Source: Acidobacteriota bacterium (GTDB lineage: Bacteria > Acidobacteriota > Thermoanaerobaculia > Thermoanaerobaculales > Thermoanaerobaculaceae). From it: DNA of 24,000 nt. The notes beneath the pieces were generated by a model. That model saw only the letters and a list, made by a program, of their open reading frames with translations. It had not been told where the DNA came from and did no database searches. Shown here in pieces: positions 1 to 8,338 of the stretch. Within the stretch, counting starts at the first letter, position 1; each line of letters begins with the position of its first letter. The translations under genes were made by a program, and so were the position numbers. The stretch covers positions 38,392 through 62,391 of the forward strand of contig JBLMXF010000025.1 in assembly GCA_050257595.1 (NCBI GenBank). Direction: 5' to 3'.

Positions 1-176
1 CTTCCGGCAGCTACGAGCAGGAAGAGGTCTCCCTCGTCACCCTCGAGGAAGACGGTTGTTCCCTTCGCCACCCGCCGGCGTACGAGGAGAGCGGAAAGGG
101 CGTGAAGTGGCCCCTCCCCGAGCCCGCCGAACGGCGTGGCCCGGAGCAGCTCAACGTATTTCGGGGCGTCGACCAT
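1..176 (-). CDS. Crp/Fnr-type cyclic-nucleotide-binding domain protein, N-terminal fragment (gene runs off the left edge)
   Basis: Hand translation of the minus strand from ATG (plus 174-176) gives MVDAPKYVELLRATPFGGLGEGPLHALSALLVRRRVAKGTTVFLEGDEGDLFLLVAAG, open to base 1. The pattern L..P.F.GL ... G..F.EGD.GD.L.LV is the start of a cNMP-binding barrel. GGAGG (plus 182-186) lies 5 nt upstream. It is absent from the ORF track because it is truncated. Confidence 0.5.
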   Translation of the reverse strand, partial: MVDAPKYVELLRATPFGGLGEGPLHALSALLVRRRVAKGTTVFLEGDEGDLFLLVAAG

Positions 177-226
177 GGCGACCTCCGTCGGTGCACCGTT
201 CACGGTGCGCAGCTCGCCCCGGGAGC

Positions 227-478
227 TCAGGCAATCCCGAGCAGCTGCCTGACCTCGTCGGTCTTCGGAATTCGTCCCGAGAGCACCACGCCGCCGTCGA
301 TGGCGATTGCAGGGGTCGCCATGACCCCGAGCTCCGCCATGCGCTGGATCGACTCGTTCTTGATCACCTGGCAGGACAGCCCGGCGCTCGCCACGACGTG
401 CTGCACGACCCGGTACGTCTCCTTGCAGCGCGGGCATCCGGGACCCAGGACCTCGATCGTCTTCGGAATGTCACTCAT
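227..478 (-). CDS. small thioredoxin-fold redox-active disulfide protein (TM0996/MTH895-like)
   Basis: 83 aa: MSDIPKTIEVLGPGCPRCK...ATPAIAIDG. It has a CPRC active site and the typical length and layout of the small Trx-fold proteins that accompany ArsP-type permeases. AAGGAG (plus 488-493) lies 9 nt upstream of the ATG. Confidence 0.85.
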   Translation of the reverse strand: MSDIPKTIEVLGPGCPRCKETYRVVQHVVASAGLSCQVIKNESIQRMAELGVMATPAIAIDGGVVLSGRIPKTDEVRQLLGIA

Positions 479-507
479 CCTCGTGCTCTCCTTTCAAAAC
501 CGAATCT

Positions 508-1209
508 TCACGTAAGCGCGAGGCGCACGAGCCCCAACAGGATGGCTGCGCCGACGCCCGCCAGGATCACACCGAACATCTGATGCACCTGCTTGGCCCA
601 GACCGCGGCCCGGCTGCCCAGGTACGCGGCGGCGAAGCCGGAGGCGGCGCCCGCCGCGAGGAGCAGCACGACATGGCCCAGCGAGTAGGCGGCGAGGAGC
701 GTGGTTCCCCACACCACCTTGCGTTCATACGCCACGAGCGACAGCACCACGACCAGGATCGGCGTGGCGCACGGCGACGAGAGCGTGCCGGTGAGGGCAC
801 CGAGGCCGAACGCTCCCGCCAAGCCGGCGCCGCGGAAGCGTGTCCCTTCGAGGCGAGGCCGGGGCAGCGTGACCAGGCCCGCGAGGTGCAGCCCCATGAC
901 GATCAGGACGGTCGCCAGCACAGCCTTCCACAACCAGCCCACGTCGCCGATGAGGGACCCGGTGAGGGCCGCCACGGCTCCCAGCGCGGTGAAGCAGAGG
1001 GCCAGGCCGACAACAAAGGCGAGGGAGAGCGTGAGGGACCGGCCCCGGGTTGTGGCCGCCCCACCGACCGTGGCCACGACCAGCGGCACCGCCACGAGCA
1101 CGCAGGGACTCGCCGACGAGACCACACCGCCGAGGAAGACGAGCAGCAGGGTCACCATCGGAGGCGCCGCTGCGGCGCTGGCCGCCAGCCACTGGAGGAA
1201 CGAATCCAT
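508..1209 (-). CDS. ccdA: CcdA/DsbD-family transmembrane thiol:disulfide electron transporter
   Basis: True start is MDSFLQWLAAS (cat at 1207-1209), inside the 518-aa track ORF. It is polytopic and hydrophobic, with the two signature Pro-Cys motifs (SASPCVLV and LSSPCATPIL). Its ATG overlaps the upstream stop as ATGA. Confidence 0.85.
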   Translation of the reverse strand: MDSFLQWLAASAAAAPPMVTLLLVFLGGVVSSASPCVLVAVPLVVATVGGAATTRGRSLTLSLAFVVGLALCFTALGAVAALTGSLIGDVGWLWKAVLATVLIVMGLHLAGLVTLPRPRLEGTRFRGAGLAGAFGLGALTGTLSSPCATPILVVVLSLVAYERKVVWGTTLLAAYSLGHVVLLLAAGAASGFAAAYLGSRAAVWAKQVHQMFGVILAGVGAAILLGLVRLALT

Positions 1210-1634
1210 CAGAGGATGCCGAGCCTCTGCAGGGCGGCCTGGAACTCCCGTGGCGGGAAGTAGCCCATGTGGCGGAGCACTTCCTCCCCCTTCGGGTTGA
1301 ACACGACCTGGGTGGGCATGACCATGATCTTGTGCTGGCGCGCCACGTCGGGGTGCTCCTGGATCCAGAAGTTCCGAATGACTGCCTTGTTCCCCACGGC
1401 CTCGCGGAGCTCCTGCAGCACCGGCTGCATGTGCATGCACGGGACGCAGCGCTCTCCGCCGAACTCGACGATCAACCACTTCCCGGCCTTGAGACCGCCG
1501 GCGAGCTCGTCCGGAGTGAGCGCCTGCGCCGGCGGGCGAGCAACCGCGTTGGCGGCTGCCGGACCGGGAGGGCTGGCGACTGCGGCGACGGGGAGAAGCA
1601 GGCCAAGCACGATCCGGGCAAGGGCAGGTTTCAT
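1209..1634 (-). CDS. secreted TlpA/ResA-like thioredoxin (CVPC)
   Basis: 141 aa with an N-terminal signal-like segment, MKPALARIVLGLLLPVAAVASP. Trx fold: WLIVEFGGERCVPCMHMQP. The stop overlaps the ccdA start by 1 nt. Confidence 0.8.
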   Translation of the reverse strand: MKPALARIVLGLLLPVAAVASPPGPAAANAVARPPAQALTPDELAGGLKAGKWLIVEFGGERCVPCMHMQPVLQELREAVGNKAVIRNFWIQEHPDVARQHKIMVMPTQVVFNPKGEEVLRHMGYFPPREFQAALQRLGIL

Positions 1635-1649
1635 CGGTCCCTCTTTCTC

Positions 1650-2780
1650 CTAGAACAGCGCGTTGAACAGGTAGCCGACGGTCAGGATACCGACGCCGAC
1701 CACGGCGATGAAAGTGGCGATCAGCCGGGGGCGGAGCACCTTGCGGAGGATGACGGTTTCCGGCAGCGAGAGCCCGATCACCGCCATCATAAATGCCAAT
1801 ACCGTGCCGAGCGCAGCGCCCTTTTCGAGCAGCGCCTCGACGATCGGGATGATGCCTGCGGCGTTCGAGTACATGGGGATGCCGATCACGACCGCGAGCG
1901 GCACCGCCCACCACGCGCCCTTGCCCATGAACGACGCCATGAAGTTGGTCGGCACCCAGCCGTGAATGCCGGCCCCCACCGCGATCCCCGCCAGGACATA
2001 GGGCCACACCTTGCCGACGATGTCCCGCACCGCGTCGAGGCCGAAGCGGATGCGGGCCGGCCATCCCGCCGGCTCACCCTCGGCGCCCACTGCGCCCGTG
2101 GCGACACCGTACACCCAGGGCTCGACGTGACGCTCCATCCGTAGGCGGCCGATCACCCAGCCGGCCGCCATCGCGATGGCGAGGCCGGTCCCCATGTACA
2201 CCGCCGCGACCTTCCACCCGAACAGGCTGAGGAGCAGGACGAGCGCGACCTCGTTGACCATCGGCGCCGACACGAGGAACGAGAACGTCACCCCGAGGGG
2301 GACCCCGGTGGTCACGAAGCCGATAAACAGCGGTACCGCCGAGCACGAGCAGAACGGCGTGACCACGCCGAGCAGGGCGGCGAGGACACTGCCGGCCGAC
2401 TCGCGGCGCCCGGCGAGAATCCTCCTCGTCCGCTCCGGCGTGAAGAACGACCGCACGACGCCGACGCCGAACACGACGAGGACGAGGAGGAGCAGGACCT
2501 TGGGCGCCTCGAAGACGAAGAACTCGATCGCCGATCCCAGAGGCGCGCCACGATCGAGCCCGAGCGCGGCCGCGGTGAGCCAGCGTGCCAGCGGGCCGAG
2601 CGCGACGTAGACGGCGATCCAGGCCGCGAGCGCGGCGGCGCCTGAAAGGAGCCAGCGCGCCAGCGAAGGCTGCGTCCGGCCCTTCGGGGCCGCCGGGGGC
2701 GCGGCCGGGCCGGCCAGCACCGGCAGCGACACTCCCCCGCGCAGCCGCGCCGCCGGGTGGGACCCGTCGCCGCCGCTCAC
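1650..2780 (-). CDS. arsP: ArsP-type permease (DUF318 family; putative trivalent organoarsenical efflux)
   Basis: Multi-TM protein carrying the ArsP hallmark TPFCSCSAVP. There is no ATG between the long N-terminal reach of the track ORF (which overlaps arsM) and the first TM. I place the start at GTG 2778-2780, which overlaps the arsM TGA as GTGA. Alternative GTG starts at 2732 and 2720 cannot be excluded. Confidence 0.72.
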   Translation of the reverse strand: MSGGDGSHPAARLRGGVSLPVLAGPAAPPAAPKGRTQPSLARWLLSGAAALAAWIAVYVALGPLARWLTAAALGLDRGAPLGSAIEFFVFEAPKVLLLLVLVVFGVGVVRSFFTPERTRRILAGRRESAGSVLAALLGVVTPFCSCSAVPLFIGFVTTGVPLGVTFSFLVSAPMVNEVALVLLLSLFGWKVAAVYMGTGLAIAMAAGWVIGRLRMERHVEPWVYGVATGAVGAEGEPAGWPARIRFGLDAVRDIVGKVWPYVLAGIAVGAGIHGWVPTNFMASFMGKGAWWAVPLAVVIGIPMYSNAAGIIPIVEALLEKGAALGTVLAFMMAVIGLSLPETVILRKVLRPRLIATFIAVVGVGILTVGYLFNALF

Positions 2781-3613
2781 GGCCTGACCGCCCGGACCTT
2801 GACGCTGATCACGGCCTCGGCGGCGGCCCGCAGGTCCTCCGCCGAGATGGAGGTGTCGGCGAGGACCGCGGTCTCGGTCGCGTCGGGGCTGGAGCACCCG
2901 ATGTCGTAGCCGTGCTCCGCCTCGACCGTCACGTCGGCGAACCCCGCCGCGCGGATCGCCTCGAGGTAGTCGTCCTTCAGCATGGCGCCGGCGATGCACC
3001 CGGCGTAGGCCTCGACCGAGCGCCGCACGCTCTCCGGCAGAGCACGGCGCAGCACCAGGTCGGAGACCATCAGCTGGCCGCCCGGCTTGAGAACGCGGAG
3101 CGCCTCGGCGAACACGCGCGGCTTGTCGGTGGAGAGGTTGATGACGCAGTTCGAGATCACCATGTCCGCGGTGGCGTCGGCGACGGGCAGGTTCTCGATC
3201 TCGCCGAGGCGAAACTCGACGTTGGTGACGCCGTCACGGGCCGCGTTGGCGCGGGCCCGGTCGAGCATCTCCGGTGTCATGTCGACGCCGATCACACGGC
3301 CCTCGGGTCCGACCCGGTTGCCGGCCAGGAAGCAGTCGAAACCCGCCCCCGATCCGAGGTCGACCACCACGTCTCCGGACCGGAGCGCCGCGAAGGCGAG
3401 GGGATTGCCACAGCCGAGGCCGAGGTTGGATCCCTCGGGCACCATCTCCACCTCTTGCGCCGTGTAGCCGATCGTCCGGCTCACCTGGATCGGAACCGGC
3501 GTGCTTCCGCAGCAGCTGCTTGCCCGCGGTGAAGATCCGCAGCACGACGTCCCCCCGCGGGCGATACTCGCATAGTGGTCCCGAACCGCTGTCTTCATGT
3601 CGGATGCGTCCAT
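2777..3613 (-). CDS. arsM: As(III) S-adenosylmethionine methyltransferase
   Basis: Start MDASDMKTAVRDHY (cat 3611-3613), with AAGGAGA 6-7 nt upstream. SAM motif VVDLGSGAGFD. Conserved Cys positions: N-terminal CC pairs, LGCGNP, ISNCVINL and YAGCIAG. Confidence 0.9.
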   Translation of the reverse strand: MDASDMKTAVRDHYASIARGGTSCCGSSPRASSCCGSTPVPIQVSRTIGYTAQEVEMVPEGSNLGLGCGNPLAFAALRSGDVVVDLGSGAGFDCFLAGNRVGPEGRVIGVDMTPEMLDRARANAARDGVTNVEFRLGEIENLPVADATADMVISNCVINLSTDKPRVFAEALRVLKPGGQLMVSDLVLRRALPESVRRSVEAYAGCIAGAMLKDDYLEAIRAAGFADVTVEAEHGYDIGCSSPDATETAVLADTSISAEDLRAAAEAVISVKVRAVRP

Positions 3614-3662
3614 GGTCAGATCTCCTTTCGAGAGCACCGCCGGCACTCCCGCCGGCGCGTGG

Positions 3663-4751
<1,089 letters not shown>

Positions 4752-4803
4752 GGCCGGCGCCCCCGCGGGCTGGCCGCTGAGCCGCTCGTCGTGTCGCGGC
4801 GGC

Positions 4804-5229
4804 TCATCGCGCGCCCTTGCGCGCGCCGGTGGGCGGGCAGCAGGTTGCCCGCAGCGCGGCGACGTCGAAGTCGGGGCGGCAGATGGCGGTGACCGGCAGA
4901 TCGGTGACACGAGCGAGGAGCGCCGCGTCGTCGCCGATCTGGGCATCCTCGGCGAGCCCGGGCCAGAGCGCGGCGAGCGCCGCCTCCGCCTCACCTTCCG
5001 CGGCGAGACGATAGTGGACCCAGCGCCCGGCCTTGCGTTCGGCCAGGAGGCCGGCGTCCTTGAGTTCGCCGAGGTGCGCGGACATGGTCGACGGCGCCAG
5101 GCCGATGACCGCGTTGAGCTGGCACACACAGAGTTCGCCGCCGCGGAGCATGGCGAGGATCCGGACGCGGACCGGATGGGCGAGCGCCTTGTGGATGCGG
5201 ATGACGGAGTCGAGCGGGGTGGCTCTCAT
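4804..5229 (-). CDS. arsR: ArsR/SmtB-family metalloregulator
   Basis: HTH core ALAHPVRVRILAMLRGGELCVCQLNAVIGLAPSTMSAHLGELKDAGLL with the ELCVC metalloid site. There is an extra C-terminal tail with a vicinal CC (ATCCPP). It is the first gene of the minus-strand ars operon. Confidence 0.9.
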   Translation of the reverse strand: MRATPLDSVIRIHKALAHPVRVRILAMLRGGELCVCQLNAVIGLAPSTMSAHLGELKDAGLLAERKAGRWVHYRLAAEGEAEAALAALWPGLAEDAQIGDDAALLARVTDLPVTAICRPDFDVAALRATCCPPTGARKGAR

Positions 5230-5244
5230 TTCGTCCTCGCGCGA

Positions 5245-5273
5245 AATATCGTACTATTGCCCGCGGTTGTCAA
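5245..5273 (-). promoter_or_regulatory. putative sigma70-type promoter of the arsR operon (TTGACA-17-GATATT)
   Basis: On the minus strand: TTGACA (plus 5268-5273), a 17-nt spacer, then GATATT (plus 5245-5250), 15 nt upstream of the arsR ATG. The only AT-rich patch of the 75-bp arsR/arsC spacer lies here, including a weak AATA-N6-TATT dyad (5245-5258). Confidence 0.5.
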
Positions 5274-5304
5274 GGGTGCCGGGGAGGCCCGGCGGGAGGG
5301 CGGT

Positions 5305-5757
5305 ATGGTGAGGACCGTGGCGACGCGTCGGGTGCTGATCCTGTGCACCGGCAACTCGTGCCGCTCCCAGATGGCCGAGGGCTGGATCAACCACCTGTTG
5401 GGCGACCGCTGGCTGGCCCGATCCGCGGGGACGCGACCGGCCGAGGCGGTCCACCCGCTGGCCGTGCGGGTGATGGCGGAGGTCGGCGTGGATCTCGGCA
5501 CCGCGCGGCCCCGGAACGTTTCGGAGTTCGTCGACGAAGCGTGGGACCTCGTCGTCACGGTGTGCGACGCCGCGAAGGAGAGCTGCCCGATCTTCCCGCG
5601 GCCGGTCGAGCAGATCCACCTCGGCTTCCCCGACCCCGCGCTCGCGGAGGGCGACGAGGAGCGGCGTCTCGCCGTCTTCCGCACGGTCCGCGACGCGATC
5701 CGCGAGAACGTGGTCCCCGAGCTCGAGCGGCGGAACGGCGACCGGAGCCCCGAGTGA
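5305..5757 (+). CDS. arsC: arsenate reductase, LMW-PTP / thioredoxin-coupled type
   Basis: Start MVRTVATRRVLILCTGNSCRSQMAEG (P-loop CX5R). VCDAAKESCP supplies the second and third Cys with the spacing seen in the S. aureus pI258 type. GGGAGGG lies upstream. The gene is divergent from arsR. Confidence 0.9.
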   Translation: MVRTVATRRVLILCTGNSCRSQMAEGWINHLLGDRWLARSAGTRPAEAVHPLAVRVMAEVGVDLGTARPRNVSEFVDEAWDLVVTVCDAAKESCPIFPRPVEQIHLGFPDPALAEGDEERRLAVFRTVRDAIRENVVPELERRNGDRSPE

Positions 5758-5787
5758 CGGGGAACGGCGATGCGCCTGCGGCCCGGC

Positions 5788-7026
5788 TCAGCCGAGCTGG
5801 GTGACCACCTCCTGGACAGTGATCTTCCGTTTGGCGAGCTCGCCCATGAACTCGTGATAGAGCGGTCCTGCGATTCCGTCCTCCGGGGGCACGATGCCCT
5901 TGGCGGCGATCCTCCCCGCCGCCACCATGCGCACCGCGATGGCGACCGGGAAACCGGTGGCGCGCATCATCGAGGAGAGGCCGTGCGCCGTGTCGGCCTC
6001 GTCCCACATGAAGTACTCGATGGTGACCCTCTGTCCGGCGCGGGTCCCGAGCAGCGTGTTGTACATGACGCAGACGTCGGTGTCGCCCGGAAGGGCCCGG
6101 AGTCGAGGCGTGATCAAAGCGAGGAGGAACTCCCGCGGTACCACGCTCGTGCCGTTGACCTCGACCGGCTCGAGATCGAGCAGGCCGCACTCCTTGAGGG
6201 TTCGCACCCCTTGCCAGTGGCCCGGCCAGCGGACGGTCTTCTCGGCGAATTCCCTGAGCTGCGGCCGGCTGTGGATGAAGCTCGGCATCCCCGGCGTGAC
6301 TGCGCACTCGAGTTCCTCGTCGCGGCCGAAGTGGCAAAAACGGAACGACTCCCGATCGCTGCCGGCGTCCACCTCGATGACCTGCCCGCCCTTCTTGACC
6401 TGCAGGCGGACCATGTACTCACGCAGGACATGCTCGAACGCCCAGGTGATCATGTAGCGCAACGGATGGCGCCCTGCCGCGTCCTTGGCGGGGATGCCCC
6501 CGACCCGGGCAGTGGCAACCTCGGCGGTGTCGAGCTGGCGAATCCCGTCGCCCAGCGTGATGTTGGACAGCCCGGGGGCGAAGCCCATGCCGTCGAGGAA
6601 GGTGACGCCGTTGGCGATGGCCTGCTCGTGGAGCCAGTCACCATAGGCGTCGAGCGACATGCCGGCGGGATGCTCGAGGCCCTCGACCTCGTAGGGGTCC
6701 GGCCGGCGGTGGTACTCCTCGAGCATGTCGACGATCGACAGTCCCGAGGTGACCGCGAGCTCGACCGTCCGGTAGCTCGTGCGGCGGTCGGGGAGCGCGA
6801 GGGCGCCGGCGTCGTAGCGCTTCATGAGCTTCTTCATCCGGGCCCGGTCCTCGACGTCGACGACCTGTGTGGTGAGCTTCTCCGACCCGATCCAGGCCTT
6901 CACCTCCTCGAGGGCCTCACGCCGGCGACCGACAAGACCGACCTCCTCCACGTTCGGATCGCCGACCAGGTCCCATGCCACCGCCGAGCCGATCTTCCCG
7001 GAGCCACCGAAGACGAGGATCTTCAT
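5788..7026 (-). CDS. saccharopine dehydrogenase-family NAD(P)-dependent oxidoreductase
   Basis: Start MKILVFGGSGKIGSAVAWDL (Rossmann GxGxxG; cat 7024-7026), with GGGAGGG upstream. 412 aa, with the length and overall pattern of the Sacchrp_dh N and C domains. Substrate is unknown. Confidence 0.75.
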   Translation of the reverse strand: MKILVFGGSGKIGSAVAWDLVGDPNVEEVGLVGRRREALEEVKAWIGSEKLTTQVVDVEDRARMKKLMKRYDAGALALPDRRTSYRTVELAVTSGLSIVDMLEEYHRRPDPYEVEGLEHPAGMSLDAYGDWLHEQAIANGVTFLDGMGFAPGLSNITLGDGIRQLDTAEVATARVGGIPAKDAAGRHPLRYMITWAFEHVLREYMVRLQVKKGGQVIEVDAGSDRESFRFCHFGRDEELECAVTPGMPSFIHSRPQLREFAEKTVRWPGHWQGVRTLKECGLLDLEPVEVNGTSVVPREFLLALITPRLRALPGDTDVCVMYNTLLGTRAGQRVTIEYFMWDEADTAHGLSSMMRATGFPVAIAVRMVAAGRIAAKGIVPPEDGIAGPLYHEFMGELAKRKITVQEVVTQLG

Positions 7027-7408
7027 TCCCGTGCCCTCCCTTCGTGCGACTTTCTGCAAATCTAAGGCCCTTTGTGAAGGCGCGCCACAAGGACGTGCCG
7101 CGACGGTACCCGCCCCTGCCGGGGATACCTGCCCGCACGGTACAATCAGGCAATGCACGCGAGGAGTTCGGGCTCCCGGCCGAGCGGGGCGCCGGCGGCT
7201 CTCGGCCCGTCAATTACCGGGTCTCCATCCGGTCTGAACGTGTGCGTCAGAGGGAACGACCAGCACGCGGCGCGCGGCGAGGCGACGATGAAGGGCGACC
7301 GGCGCGTGAACCCACAGCGGCATCGGCGACTGCCGGCCCGCGCCGAGCGGCGGCGCGCTGCCTGCCGGTACGCGGGGCGTCCGGGGCTCCCTCCCGTGTG
7401 ACGGGGCG

Positions 7409-8338
7409 ATGGCGAGCGCAACCCACCTGACCTGGATGGTCGGCCGGTTCGCGGGAACACGGCTACTGGTCGTGATCGGCAAGGGGGGGGTGGGGAAGAG
7501 CACGATCGCGGCCGCGCTCGGACAGGTGCTGGCGGCTGCCGGTCCCCGGGTCCTCCTCCTCGAGATCGACCCGCGCGAGACTTTTCACCAGCTTTTCGAC
7601 GTGCCGCCCTCGGGTGGCGCCGTTGTCGAGGTATCGCCCGGCCTGGCATTCCGCAACCTGAATCCCCGGGACGAGATCGACGCGCTGGTCGCCGAGCACC
7701 TGCGCCTCGGCCCGTTGGTCAGACGCGTGCTGGCCAGCCCGGTGTACGAGCACTTCGTCGACGGCGCGCCCGGGCTCAAGGAGCTGGCTGTCCTCGGGCA
7801 CGCCTTGCGGATGGTCGGTGGGACCTCGAGTCGGCGTGGTCCCCACTTCGACCTGGTCGTGCTCGACGCCCCGGCGACCGGCCACGGGCTGTCTCTGCTC
7901 ACCGCACCTTCGCTGGCCTCGAGGGTGATCCACCAGGGGCCGTTCGGACGGATGGCCGAGCAGCTGGCCGCCTTCGTCGCCGACCCGGTCAGGACGGCGG
8001 CGGTCGTCGTGACCCAGGCCGAGGAGATGCCCGTCCAGGAGGCTCTTGAGCTGGCTGCACAGTTGCGAGAGCGACTTCACCGCGAGCCCGAGCTGGTCGT
8101 GGTGAACGGCCTCTACCCCCAGTACCCGGCCGACCAGGTGTCGGGCGACCGCGCGGCCATGGCCCTGTGGCGGCGCCGCCGCGCGGCGAACGAGGCCGAG
8201 CTCGGCCGTCTCGCCGAGGGCTGTCGGTCGCCCCGCGTCGACCTGCCCTTGCTCGCCCTCGACCGCGGGCCTCGACTGGTGGCCGAGCTCGCCCGCCGGC
8301 TCGCGGCGCTGACGCGGCCGGCGCTCGGGGGGGCCTGA
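7409..8338 (+). CDS. ArsA/Get3-like P-loop ATPase, subunit 1 (resembles M. tuberculosis Rv3679 type)
   Basis: Deviant Walker A GKGGVGKSTIAAAL. ArsA-signature remnant VLDAPATGHGLSLL. Only one Cys in 309 aa. The stop overlaps the next start (TGATG, 8336-8340). Confidence 0.8.
   Translation: MASATHLTWMVGRFAGTRLLVVIGKGGVGKSTIAAALGQVLAAAGPRVLLLEIDPRETFHQLFDVPPSGGAVVEVSPGLAFRNLNPRDEIDALVAEHLRLGPLVRRVLASPVYEHFVDGAPGLKELAVLGHALRMVGGTSSRRGPHFDLVVLDAPATGHGLSLLTAPSLASRVIHQGPFGRMAEQLAAFVADPVRTAAVVVTQAEEMPVQEALELAAQLRERLHREPELVVVNGLYPQYPADQVSGDRAAMALWRRRRAANEAELGRLAEGCRSPRVDLPLLALDRGPRLVAELARRLAALTRPALGGA

Noticed and set aside
508-2064. 518-aa track ORF suggesting a much longer CcdA-like protein
   Set aside because: Only the last 233 codons (from MDSFLQ at 1209) are membrane-protein-like. 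The upstream part is an out-of-frame read across the secreted-Trx and arsP genes, with Arg/Gly/Pro-rich nonsense composition.
7240-7370. Possible cobalamin riboswitch (AGGGAA at 7251-7256; GCGTGAACCCACAGCGG and GCGACTGCC further on)
   Set aside because: The conserved GGTGNGAANCC block does not follow AGGGAA at the required spacing. No B12-box-like GCCACTG is present, and the downstream genes are not cobalamin-related. The resemblance is probably chance in GC-rich sequence. Only an Infernal scan could settle it.
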